From the NCBI GenBank assembly GCA_964443415.1, contig CAYUDC010000001.1, positions 21,039 to 85,038 on the forward strand: a stretch of 64,000 bases of DNA, read 5' to 3'. Positions within the stretch are counted from its first letter, which is position 1. Every line of letters starts with the position of its first letter. The notes beneath the pieces are model-generated. The model had not been told where the DNA came from and ran no database searches. It saw nothing but the letters and a program-made list of their open reading frames with translations. Positions 17,566 to 26,759 of the stretch are shown here, piece by piece. The DNA is from an uncultured Chitinophaga sp. (GTDB taxonomy: Bacteria > Bacteroidota > Bacteroidia > UKL13-3). Made by a program: the position numbers and the translations under genes.

Positions 17566-20478
17566 TTAATTACCGCCCAAAGCCCTGTACCTTTTGATGC
17601 ACTCTTCAGCAGCTGAGTTGTTACCTTGCTTTTGAAATACTTGTGCTAATTCTGCCCACGCTTGTAGGAAATTAGGATTCATGCCCAACGCATATTGATA
17701 GTTTTCGGATGCTAGGTTTAAGTTATTTGTTGCAGCATAAGCTTTACCCAAGTAATAAAATACTTCTGGTATAGAGGTATTATGTTTCTTGGCCATTTCT
17801 AAGCATTTAATGCCATTGGTATAGTCATTTAAATTGAGGTAAGCTAAAGCAGCATAATACCAGCTTTCAACCACGTTTTCTTTTAGATCTGTACTTTTCT
17901 TAAAGGTTTCGGCAGCTTTTTGAAACTCCTTTCTGTTAAAATATACTAGTCCTAAATTACTGTAAGCGGTAAAGTTTTCAGGATAAATTTCGATGGCCTT
18001 CTTTAGGGTTAATTCGGCACTATCCATTTGTGCTGTATTAATTAAGGAGAAGCCTAACATACGCCATGCTTCTTCATCATATGGAGCATACTTTACAGCT
18101 TGGTTAAAATAGAAAATAGCTGAATCGAATTTAGAGTTGTCTAAGGCTTTATAGCCTAATGGCATGTGCCAGTTCTCTCTTTTGATAACTGCGGCTAAAG
18201 GTATGCCATCAGCCATTACCTGATAAACGGTTCCAGCAGGAGGGAATGATCCATTTAACAATTCGTTTTGAGAGAAGGTTCTAGTAGTTAAAATCAAATA
18301 ATCCCAACCAAGCTTTTGTTCTTCCATTTCTCGTGTCCAAACAAAGTTTAAGCGTGGATTTATCTGGTGTGCCCAATAGGCTGCTGTGGTAGTCTCATTA
18401 TTGATACCAATTACTAAGCTGTCTTTAGGATGTTGTTTGGCTATCCATTCTGCAGCTTCTCTGCATGAGTTAGAATAATAATCGGTTTCATAAGTACCAT
18501 ATGCGCCTCTTAAGCCACCCACCAACTCGTTAAAGTAAACATATTGATTAGGATGATTTTGTATGATCCAAACTGCTGGTTTAGCATATAAAACTAATAA
18601 CACCAAGGATGAAGTTAATGCAATGGCTTTCTTCTGACTTAATAAATAGTCCCAAAATATAGCGGCTAAACTGATGGCAAACGGTAATACAAAAAGGTAA
18701 TGTCTCCATCCATTGTAGTAGTTTAAGTTGCTATATTCTGCGTAAAGAATAGGGAAAAACAACATAAAAACTAACATTAGGATCGACCCTAAACCTATTT
18801 GTTTTTTAAGTGGGATAAACAATAGCAAACTGGCTACTACTCCAATAATTAAGTATAATGGATTACCCATACCTAAAAACTTAAATACATAGTACCATGG
18901 TGCACTGGTAATCATATACATCCTTTTGCCTTCAAAAAGCTCTACATTGTTGGTGTAAAATGCATTTTCTGAAGCCTTTTTAAAGGCCAACAATGGGTGT
19001 TCTAGTGGGTTATCTAAAGCATAAGGCCAAATCAAAATTCCTACTATATAACCAATCACACCCACTATAAAGAACATTTTAGCGTATGGGATTATGAACT
19101 TTAATGGATTGGTAACTTGTTTGTAAATAGAAAACCAATGTATGGCTAAGAACAAGCCAAAATAGGCCAAAAGCAATAGCGCACCCACCCTAGAGGCAAT
19201 GCCAATACCAATGCCTACAGCTAACCAAAGTAAATTTCTGTATAAAGGTTGAGGTAGACTTCTCATTACTTTAATCATAAAGTACCCAGCAAAAGCAAAA
19301 CCAGTGGCAAATGGTATGTCTGTTGGATTATTCATACTGTTTCCCATCCAACCAGGATTTAAGAACATAAACAACAAGGAAATCAAGGCTGCTCTCCAAC
19401 CTGCCAGTTCAAAGGCAATAAGCGAGGTAAATACCAGTCCAATTAATCCATAGATGCTATTAATTAAATGCCTTGTTTCGTAAACGCCTGTGCCAAATGT
19501 ATTGTAGGCAAAGGCCGCAACTGTATTTAATTGCTCTCCATAAAATCTATAAGCTTGCCTGATGTATTCACCACCATTAGCAGGCTCTGCTAGAGCTGCT
19601 GTATCTTCACCAAAAGTAGTCAGGTAGCGATAGGCTAGTTGAGAATAATCATTATGTGCCTTCTCGTCCCAGGTGCTGCCAAAATCTTGCGATAAATATG
19701 GCATGGCAAATGAAATGATTAAAAAGGCAATAAAGTATAAAAGGCGGTAAAGTGGATGGTTTCCGGAACTAAGTTGATGTTGCTTAGACTTTATCTGTAA
19801 AAGCGAATCGGTAATAAAATAATTCCATCTTAAAGAGAAAAAGCTAGGAACAAGGCCTAACCAATTGTTATTGCTTTTACCTTCAGAAGCGCCTAAAGAA
19901 AATTCTTGTGACTCAATTTTATAGGAGGCTGTTAAATTCAGAAGTTGGCTGTAATGATTAGCTGCCATTAAGGTTGTAGAAAGTTGCTGTTTGAGCCAAA
20001 GTGTATTGGCTGCAAAGACACCTGAACTTGCATCTGAACCTTTTATGGAGGTGAAAATCCTGGTTAGGCTTTGGTAAACCCTGTTTAAGATAGGTGTTTT
20101 TACCTTACTTCCTTTTGCCTGAATTTGGTTCGACCCTAATGATAGAACTTTTTGGTTAAGTAGTTTTTTATTGGTGGCAATCAACTGACTTAAGTTGCCT
20201 AAGGAGTGGGGCGCCTTCCATAAGCAAACACTTAATGTCCCCGTTGCATTCTCCAATGCATTCGCAAAATTTAATGCACTGGTTTTGGTTTGATCCCAAG
20301 GTAGCACGATTAATTTAGCATGGATAGATGTTCTCTCCTGATTGCTCAGGCATATAACTTCTATTTCTTGTTTGGTTTTAGAAATAAAACCTTCGAGCAT
20401 TTCCCACCAGCTGTTTTCTACAAATCTTGCGTCTACACAAATGGTGATTTTATTTTCGGAGAGTTGCTTGTTTTCCAT
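17566..20478 (-). CDS. GT-C family membrane glycosyltransferase (PMT/ArnT/TMTC-like) fused to C-terminal TPR repeats
   Basis: A cytoplasmic N-terminal domain of about 250 aa is followed by roughly 11-13 TM helices. The first periplasmic loop carries a DE motif (GSTWDEKAHNDY), as in GT-C enzymes. The last ~200 aa are TPR units (AWRMLGFSLI..., YSNLGLVYFNRKEFQKA...). Confidence 0.6.
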   Translation of the reverse strand: MENKQLSENKITICVDARFVENSWWEMLEGFISKTKQEIEVICLSNQERTSIHAKLIVLPWDQTKTSALNFANALENATGTLSVCLWKAPHSLGNLSQLIATNKKLLNQKVLSLGSNQIQAKGSKVKTPILNRVYQSLTRIFTSIKGSDASSGVFAANTLWLKQQLSTTLMAANHYSQLLNLTASYKIESQEFSLGASEGKSNNNWLGLVPSFFSLRWNYFITDSLLQIKSKQHQLSSGNHPLYRLLYFIAFLIISFAMPYLSQDFGSTWDEKAHNDYSQLAYRYLTTFGEDTAALAEPANGGEYIRQAYRFYGEQLNTVAAFAYNTFGTGVYETRHLINSIYGLIGLVFTSLIAFELAGWRAALISLLFMFLNPGWMGNSMNNPTDIPFATGFAFAGYFMIKVMRSLPQPLYRNLLWLAVGIGIGIASRVGALLLLAYFGLFLAIHWFSIYKQVTNPLKFIIPYAKMFFIVGVIGYIVGILIWPYALDNPLEHPLLAFKKASENAFYTNNVELFEGKRMYMITSAPWYYVFKFLGMGNPLYLIIGVVASLLLFIPLKKQIGLGSILMLVFMLFFPILYAEYSNLNYYNGWRHYLFVLPFAISLAAIFWDYLLSQKKAIALTSSLVLLVLYAKPAVWIIQNHPNQYVYFNELVGGLRGAYGTYETDYYSNSCREAAEWIAKQHPKDSLVIGINNETTTAAYWAHQINPRLNFVWTREMEEQKLGWDYLILTTRTFSQNELLNGSFPPAGTVYQVMADGIPLAAVIKRENWHMPLGYKALDNSKFDSAIFYFNQAVKYAPYDEEAWRMLGFSLINTAQMDSAELTLKKAIEIYPENFTAYSNLGLVYFNRKEFQKAAETFKKSTDLKENVVESWYYAALAYLNLNDYTNGIKCLEMAKKHNTSIPEVFYYLGKAYAATNNLNLASENYQYALGMNPNFLQAWAELAQVFQKQGNNSAAEECIKRYRALGGN

Positions 20479-20480
20479 GA

Positions 20481-21032
20481 TTAGCCAATTTTTTCGAATA
20501 CAAATAGGTTATTAAGACCCAATTGAAAATGGGATTGATGAATAAGTTTAAACCTAGGTTCACAAAATATCTGTGGGGTGTGTTTGGGTTCAAATCCGTA
20601 GTGCTCTTCTAAGCTCATACCGTCGATAAGCCTGAGTTTAGTAAGTATGCTTAAAATTAAATCAACCTGCGGAGAAGGCACTGTAATTATGAGACGTCCT
20701 TTTGGCTTTAAAAAGTCGTGGCAATTCTTAGCCAAATTTTCTTGTTCGGAGATAGGAATATGTTCTAAAACGGCAAGCAAGGTAATGGCATCAAAAGTTT
20801 CGCCCTTGGGGCAGGCTTCAGGAAAATAGCCAGGATAAAGGACGTAATTTTGTTTTATGATTTGCTCTGTGAGCGTTGGGTCAACCCCAATACCTTTGCT
20901 AATATAACCTTGCCAAGCTTCAAACATTACTCCGTCAACCGAGCCGATGTCTAGCACGGTGTCGTTCTTATTAACAAACTTTTTAGCCTTACTTATTCTT
21001 ACTTTTTGAAGATACCTATCTATTGCCTTCAT
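20481..21032 (-). CDS. Class I SAM-dependent methyltransferase
   Basis: Motif I VLDIGSVDG, followed by ...LKPKGRLIITVP. Its start codon overlaps the stop of the upstream GT2 gene at 21032. Confidence 0.75.
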   Translation of the reverse strand: MKAIDRYLQKVRISKAKKFVNKNDTVLDIGSVDGVMFEAWQGYISKGIGVDPTLTEQIIKQNYVLYPGYFPEACPKGETFDAITLLAVLEHIPISEQENLAKNCHDFLKPKGRLIITVPSPQVDLILSILTKLRLIDGMSLEEHYGFEPKHTPQIFCEPRFKLIHQSHFQLGLNNLFVFEKIG

Positions 21033-22201
21033 TACTTTTTATTCACGGTTAATACACCCAGAAAGAAACTCGAAAATACTGTTTGCAAGCCCACAATAAT
21101 GGCTACCACACTGGGGATAACAATACGCAGGATTTTGGAATATTCTAATTGGCCAAAATGTGATTCTTCCCAAATGTATAATGAAAAAAAAGTTCCAATT
21201 AAACCAACAAGGAAAATGATTAATCCAAGAATGAGGCCGCTTTCTAACGAAACCAGCTCAAAAGCCCTGGATAGCGAATCTTTTTTGGGTAAAAATCCAG
21301 ATTCTACTGCGTATGCCCTTGTGAAAATTCCAAAACTTAATGCCTGATATCCAACAATGATAAAAGCACCTGCATAAAGCAGGGTATTGGTGTCGAAGTA
21401 AATTTGTTTAAACAATCCCATAGGTCCTGGAATGATAAGCAACATTAGAATAAGCCCTAATAGCATCAAGGTTATACCTGGGTATAAAAACAGCCATCTT
21501 GGGCTGTAAATCAGTAAAAACCTTAAATGTCTCCATCCATCTCGCCATGTTCTAAGATGAGGTGGTCTGCTACGGCCATCTTTACTTAGAATGGTAGGAA
21601 CTTCTGTAATATTTAATTTATTTATAGTAGACTTTACAACCATTTCGGAGGCAAACTCCATCCCTGTGGTTTTTAAGTCTAATACACTAACGATATCTTG
21701 TCTAAATCCGCGTAGGCCGCAGTGAAAATCGTTCACAGGGCAGTTAAAAAATAATTTTCCAACAAATGACAAAACAGGATTTCCTAAATATCGATGTAGA
21801 AATGGCATGGCACCAGGCTTAATCCCGCCTTTAAAACGGTTGCCCATCACCAAATCATAACCATTTCTTAACTCATTGATAAAAAGATTCAGGTTCGAAA
21901 AATCATAGGAATCGTCGCTATCTCCCATGATTACATACTTGCCTTTTGCGGCTTCGATGGCACCCATTAAAGCTGCGCCATAGCCTTTACGAGGAACATT
22001 TATAACTCTTGCTCCTAAGCCAATAGCAATTTGCTGCGATCCATCGGTGCTGCCATTGTCGCCAATGACTACTTCACCAGCTACTTGGTTGGCTTTTAAC
22101 CATGCATTTGCTTTTTCTATGCAGGTTGCAAGGGTCTCTGCCTCGTTTAAACAAGGCATTACAATGCTTAACTCAATATTATTACTTGATTCGTAGTTCA
22201 T
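21032..22201 (-). CDS. GT2 polyprenyl-phosphate sugar transferase (Ppm1/ArnC/GtrB-like) with C-terminal TM anchor
   Basis: ELSIVMPCLNEAETL, IGDNGSTDGS and the DxD-region VIMGDSDDSYD are GT2 catalytic-domain signatures. Four predicted C-terminal TM helices follow, as in dolichyl/undecaprenyl-phosphate glycosyltransferases. Confidence 0.75.
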   Translation of the reverse strand: MNYESSNNIELSIVMPCLNEAETLATCIEKANAWLKANQVAGEVVIGDNGSTDGSQQIAIGLGARVINVPRKGYGAALMGAIEAAKGKYVIMGDSDDSYDFSNLNLFINELRNGYDLVMGNRFKGGIKPGAMPFLHRYLGNPVLSFVGKLFFNCPVNDFHCGLRGFRQDIVSVLDLKTTGMEFASEMVVKSTINKLNITEVPTILSKDGRSRPPHLRTWRDGWRHLRFLLIYSPRWLFLYPGITLMLLGLILMLLIIPGPMGLFKQIYFDTNTLLYAGAFIIVGYQALSFGIFTRAYAVESGFLPKKDSLSRAFELVSLESGLILGLIIFLVGLIGTFFSLYIWEESHFGQLEYSKILRIVIPSVVAIIVGLQTVFSSFFLGVLTVNKK

Positions 22202-22236
22202 GCGATATTGCGAAAATAAGAAATCAATTGATATCT

Positions 22237-23418
22237 CTATTGCACCACCTTACTGTTTTTCTCAAAATCTTCTATTAAGTTGGCAAGGGTAATCCTTAGG
22301 GCGTCTAAATTGGTTTTGTTTGCAGCGCTAATAAATAAGGTGGTATGATTTGATTTTGCCATCCAAGATTTTCTCAAAAATGCTAAATATTCTTCTGTAT
22401 TAGAAAATTCTTCCTCTTCGGGTTGGGCTGGCATTTTTAGGCTGTCAATTTTATTAAAAACGAGGATAACTTCTTTATCTGCCGCGCCAATTTCTTTGAG
22501 CGTTTCGTTTACCACTCTTATTTGATCTTCGAAATTGGGGTGACTAATATCTACCACGTGTAACAAGATATCTGCTTCTCTAATTTCATCCAAAGTTGAT
22601 TTAAAGCACTCAACTAGCTGGTGTGGAAGTTTGCGAATAAAACCAACGGTATCGCTTAATAAGAAAGTTTTGCCAGGCCAATCAACCTTTCGGACTGTAG
22701 AATCTAAGGTTGCAAATAATTTATCCTCGGCAAATACATTAGATTTAGAAATCACATTCATTAAAGTTGATTTACCCACATTGGTATAACCTACTAGGGA
22801 TACTCTTACTTTAGCGTCCCTGTTTTTTCTTTGTGTTTCTGCCTGCTTGTCGATGATAGAAAGTCGTTCTTTTAGTTTAGTGATTTTACCTCTTAATGCG
22901 CGCCTGTCTGTTTCAATTTCTGTTTCACCTGGGCCTTTCATTCCAATTCCGCCTTTTTGTTTGCTAAGGTGGGTCCACATGCGGGTAAGTCTTGGTAGAA
23001 GGTATTGAGCTTGAGCAAGTTCAACCTGAAAGCGGGCTTGAGCTGTTTTAGCCCGAGAGGCAAAAATATCAAGGATGAGGTTGCTTCTATCTAAAATTTT
23101 GCATTTAAGTACCTGCTCTAAATTTCTCAATTGAGAGGGGCTTAGCTCGTCGTCGAAAATAACAATATCTATTTCGTTTGTGGTAATAAATTCCAATACC
23201 TCATTTAGCTTTCCTTCGCCAATAAATGTTCTTGGGTTGGGATATTGCAGCTTTTGAAGAAACCGTTTTTTTACTATTGCGCCAGCCGTTAACGCCAAAA
23301 ACTCTAGCTCGTCGAGGTATTCCTCGGCTTGTTCTAACCTAGTGTTTTGACGAATGACCCCAACCACTACAGCGGTTTCTTCTTTTTTTCTGGTTTCAAA
23401 TAATTGTTTTTTTGTCAT
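22237..23418 (-). CDS. hflX: GTPase HflX
   Basis: The HflX N-terminal domain is followed by the G1 motif GYTNVGKSTLMN, G3 DTVGF, and G4 NKID. Confidence 0.88.
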   Translation of the reverse strand: MTKKQLFETRKKEETAVVVGVIRQNTRLEQAEEYLDELEFLALTAGAIVKKRFLQKLQYPNPRTFIGEGKLNEVLEFITTNEIDIVIFDDELSPSQLRNLEQVLKCKILDRSNLILDIFASRAKTAQARFQVELAQAQYLLPRLTRMWTHLSKQKGGIGMKGPGETEIETDRRALRGKITKLKERLSIIDKQAETQRKNRDAKVRVSLVGYTNVGKSTLMNVISKSNVFAEDKLFATLDSTVRKVDWPGKTFLLSDTVGFIRKLPHQLVECFKSTLDEIREADILLHVVDISHPNFEDQIRVVNETLKEIGAADKEVILVFNKIDSLKMPAQPEEEEFSNTEEYLAFLRKSWMAKSNHTTLFISAANKTNLDALRITLANLIEDFEKNSKVVQ

Positions 23419-23468
23419 AAGAAATTCAAGCGAAAATAGTTCATATAAGGTATCTTCGCCTACTATTT

Positions 23469-24962
23469 ATGCTAAAACCATTTCAAATAAAATTGATAGG
23501 CACCTCAATGTGGGTTCTTTTAACAATTTTTGTAGGGCCAATGGCGGCTTTTGGGCAAACCATAGAATGGGGTAATCCCCAAAAAATTAAGACTAAAAAT
23601 CTTTTTACTCAAATTATTGGTGAAACACCAAATGGTTTATTTGCGTTACGCTGTAAAAACAGTGAGTTTAGTTCAGACCTCATCATAGAAAAGTATAAAG
23701 GTAATCTCAATCAAGAGCTTAGTTTATCATTGCCTCTTTCGGTGAATGGTTTGGTAGAGCGAGTGCTTTTAATAAACAATGAACTCTTTGTTTTTATGAG
23801 CGCCAAAAATATTTCTACCAACTCTATTGATATTTTGTCTCAGAAGCTAGATGATAATTTAAAACTGGTTGGTAATCCGGTTGTAATTTGTAGTTTTCCG
23901 GTAGCTGTTTATCTCGAGAAAAGGAAGATCCAAATTAAAACTAATGCTGCAAAAACAATGTTGGGCATTATGTTTTTGAGTAAATCCACCGATGGCAACG
24001 GATGTAAACTCAACGTATATGCCTACCAAGGTGCCTCACAACAGATTTTTGGCAGACAGTTTAATATTGAAAGTGCCCATAAAGATGTTTTTTTAACTGC
24101 TTTCGATTTAGATAATGAAGGTAACGCCTTTGTGCTGCTAGATTTTCCAAAGAAAACAGAAGGAGAAAGTATAGATACTCGAGCCTTTTATTTATATGCC
24201 TATTATCATGATCAAGATAAAATGTACGCGTATGATTTGGCTAGTAAAGATATGTTCATTGAAGAGCTAGGGATTACGGTTAATAATTTTAATAAGAGTA
24301 TTTCTGTTTTTGGCTTTTATTCCTCAGCAGAAGGCAAAGATGTAAATGGTTACTTTTACCAGAGGTATAGCACAATCTCTAAAGAAACAATAGTACGCTT
24401 TCAAACGTTGGTTCAACCCGAAATACTTGAAAAATTAATACCTGGGAAAGGAGAAAAGTTTGCGTTAGGATTAAATAATTTTTACATAAGAAAGCTCATT
24501 CCTCGTTCGGATGGTGGCATATTTATGGCAGCCGAAAAATATACCAGGGTAGAGCAACGATACAATTATTACCTTAACAACATGCCCATGGAAGGTGTAA
24601 GGGTTATTTATAATTATGATGATGTTGCCTTATGGTCTATTAATGCAGATGGAACCATTCATTTTACGGATGTAGTTCGTAAAAAGCAAAGTGCTGTAGG
24701 GGATATTGGTAATGCCGGAATTTGTATAGTGCCTACTCAAGACTTTATACATATCTTATACAATAGTGAATTGGATAAGGATGGTAATGTGATGTTACAT
24801 TCTGTTAATTATCAAGGAAGAGTAGAAGAGAAAATATTAATTAAAAATACCAACTTTAATATCTCTTTGGTGCCTTCCGAATTTAGGCAAGTTTCGGCAA
24901 GTAGTTTAGTAGCTGCAACTATCAAAGACAAATTATTTACATTGGTTAGAATAAAATTTTAA
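23469..24962 (+). CDS. Hypothetical secreted protein
   Basis: Signal peptide WVLLTIFVGPMAAFGQ. No recognisable motif. First gene of a tightly packed three-gene run with 1-nt gaps. Confidence 0.5.
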   Translation: MLKPFQIKLIGTSMWVLLTIFVGPMAAFGQTIEWGNPQKIKTKNLFTQIIGETPNGLFALRCKNSEFSSDLIIEKYKGNLNQELSLSLPLSVNGLVERVLLINNELFVFMSAKNISTNSIDILSQKLDDNLKLVGNPVVICSFPVAVYLEKRKIQIKTNAAKTMLGIMFLSKSTDGNGCKLNVYAYQGASQQIFGRQFNIESAHKDVFLTAFDLDNEGNAFVLLDFPKKTEGESIDTRAFYLYAYYHDQDKMYAYDLASKDMFIEELGITVNNFNKSISVFGFYSSAEGKDVNGYFYQRYSTISKETIVRFQTLVQPEILEKLIPGKGEKFALGLNNFYIRKLIPRSDGGIFMAAEKYTRVEQRYNYYLNNMPMEGVRVIYNYDDVALWSINADGTIHFTDVVRKKQSAVGDIGNAGICIVPTQDFIHILYNSELDKDGNVMLHSVNYQGRVEEKILIKNTNFNISLVPSEFRQVSASSLVAATIKDKLFTLVRIKF

Positions 24963-24963
24963 G

Positions 24964-25953
24964 GTGCTTAACATTTTTAGAAATAACGCTCTATCTGCCA
25001 TCATTGCTTTCTCTATCTTTTCAATTTTGTTAAGAGTAGGTGGTTTTGTAAACGATACACCACTTCATATGCAATCTCCTACCCCAGTGGCCCAATTTGT
25101 ATTAAATTGGATGCATCATTATGCACCATTGGCTTGGCAAAGCGCTCTATTAGCAACAGTTTTGGTGATTTTGCAAGCCTACTTTATAAACTTTATTTCT
25201 AACTCCCAACAAATAATCTTTAAAGACAGTGTTTTGCCTGGGCTATTCTTTGTTTTATTAAATAGCATTTATGCCCCACAGCAATTACTAACACCGCAAC
25301 TAATTGCCAATACTTTTTTAATCATTTTAGTTTACAGGCTTTGTTTTTTATATGAATCCTCAAACCCAATTTTTCCGGTATTGGATGCTGGTATGATGCT
25401 TGGCTTGGGAATTTTATTCGACCCTGACTTGATTTTATACTTGCCCTTTATTCTACTTAGTATCATTTATATGACTAAGTTTAATATTAGGTATCTATTG
25501 GTGGCACTTTTTGCTATTTGTATACCCATTTATTTGCTGGCAGCCATTTTATACTTAAATGATAACCATACCGATTTATTAGATACCTTATACTACACAA
25601 TCGATAAAACTTATTTTAAACCACTAGGAATTACATGGGAAAAAGGGATTATATGGATGATTATACTTCCTATACTGTTTTATTCTGCTATACTCTTTCA
25701 AACTAATTTTTTTAGAAATAAGGTAAAAACACGTCGATTGCAATTGATGATTTTTATTATGGTTCCTTTTGCACTTTTTTCTTTATTGGCGGGGGATTAC
25801 GGCTTCGAACTAGCTTTACCTTATTTATCTATTCCTTTTAGTTTTTTATTGGCTAATTATTTTGTTAGAACATCGTGGAAGTGGGTGAAAGAAATTGCTT
25901 TTCTGCTCATCTTATTAGCCGTTGTATATTATCAATATTTTGTAGTTTATTAA
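24964..25953 (+). CDS. Hypothetical polytopic inner-membrane protein
   Basis: About 9 hydrophobic helices over 329 aa. It starts 1 nt after the upstream stop. Confidence 0.5.
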   Translation: MLNIFRNNALSAIIAFSIFSILLRVGGFVNDTPLHMQSPTPVAQFVLNWMHHYAPLAWQSALLATVLVILQAYFINFISNSQQIIFKDSVLPGLFFVLLNSIYAPQQLLTPQLIANTFLIILVYRLCFLYESSNPIFPVLDAGMMLGLGILFDPDLILYLPFILLSIIYMTKFNIRYLLVALFAICIPIYLLAAILYLNDNHTDLLDTLYYTIDKTYFKPLGITWEKGIIWMIILPILFYSAILFQTNFFRNKVKTRRLQLMIFIMVPFALFSLLAGDYGFELALPYLSIPFSFLLANYFVRTSWKWVKEIAFLLILLAVVYYQYFVVY

Positions 25954-25954
25954 T

Positions 25955-26719
25955 ATGTTTTACTTTCTTTCAAAGGTTTTATACGCCCTCATTGCTCCCT
26001 TGTCTATTGTATTGATATTTTTTGCCTTGTTCTTAATTACCAAAGTAAAGAAGAACTTGTATATCGCATTGGCATTGTTGTTGTTTTTTACTAATCCTTG
26101 GTTGGCTCAAACCATCATAAAACTCTACGAAGTACCGCCGGTTAATTTAAAATCGGATGGAAAGTTTGAAGCTATCATTGTTCCCAGTGGCTTTGCTTCT
26201 AATTTTATCTTAGATGGCGTAGTTAGGGCCAATTTTAATGATGGAAATGATAGAATGCTTCAAGCCATTGATTTATTTCATCGAGGGGTTGCCAAGAAAA
26301 TTATATATACAGGTGGCGCCGATACGGTATTTGGTGGCTATATTCCCGAAGCTCAATTGGGCCGAGAATTTATGATGAAATGTGGCATTCCAGATTCCTG
26401 TATTATCATCGAAACATTTTCAATGAATACGCATCAAAATGCTGCTTACACAGCCAAAATTCTTGATACACTAGACGTAAATTGGAAGGAAAAACAATAT
26501 GTCTTAGTAACCGCAGGCTTTCACATGAGACGCGCACAAATGTGTTTTGAAAAGCAAGGTTTTAAAGTGGTTCCATATAGTGCAGATTTAAAAAGTTTAA
26601 GAAGTAGAAATACCATTCTAAATACCATTATTCCTAGCTATGGCGGGTTTCAACTATGGACCTATATGATAAAAGAGTGGATTGGTTTAGTAGTATATAA
26701 AGTAAAAGGTTATATTTAG
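25955..26719 (+). CDS. YdcF/ElyC/SanA (DUF218) family envelope protein
   Basis: N-terminal TM helix followed by the DUF218 core: AIIVPSG..., KIIYTGG, LVTAGFHMRRAQMCFEKQG. Confidence 0.7.
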   Translation: MFYFLSKVLYALIAPLSIVLIFFALFLITKVKKNLYIALALLLFFTNPWLAQTIIKLYEVPPVNLKSDGKFEAIIVPSGFASNFILDGVVRANFNDGNDRMLQAIDLFHRGVAKKIIYTGGADTVFGGYIPEAQLGREFMMKCGIPDSCIIIETFSMNTHQNAAYTAKILDTLDVNWKEKQYVLVTAGFHMRRAQMCFEKQGFKVVPYSADLKSLRSRNTILNTIIPSYGGFQLWTYMIKEWIGLVVYKVKGYI

Positions 26720-26759
26720 GTTGACCCAACTTTAGTGAAAGTAAAGTGTTAAGAAGATA

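Noticed and set aside
21006-21347. 113-aa plus-strand ORF
   Set aside because: It lies entirely antisense within the well-supported GT2 glycosyltransferase gene (21032-22201, minus strand). It has no motif and is a chance ORF in an AT-rich frame.
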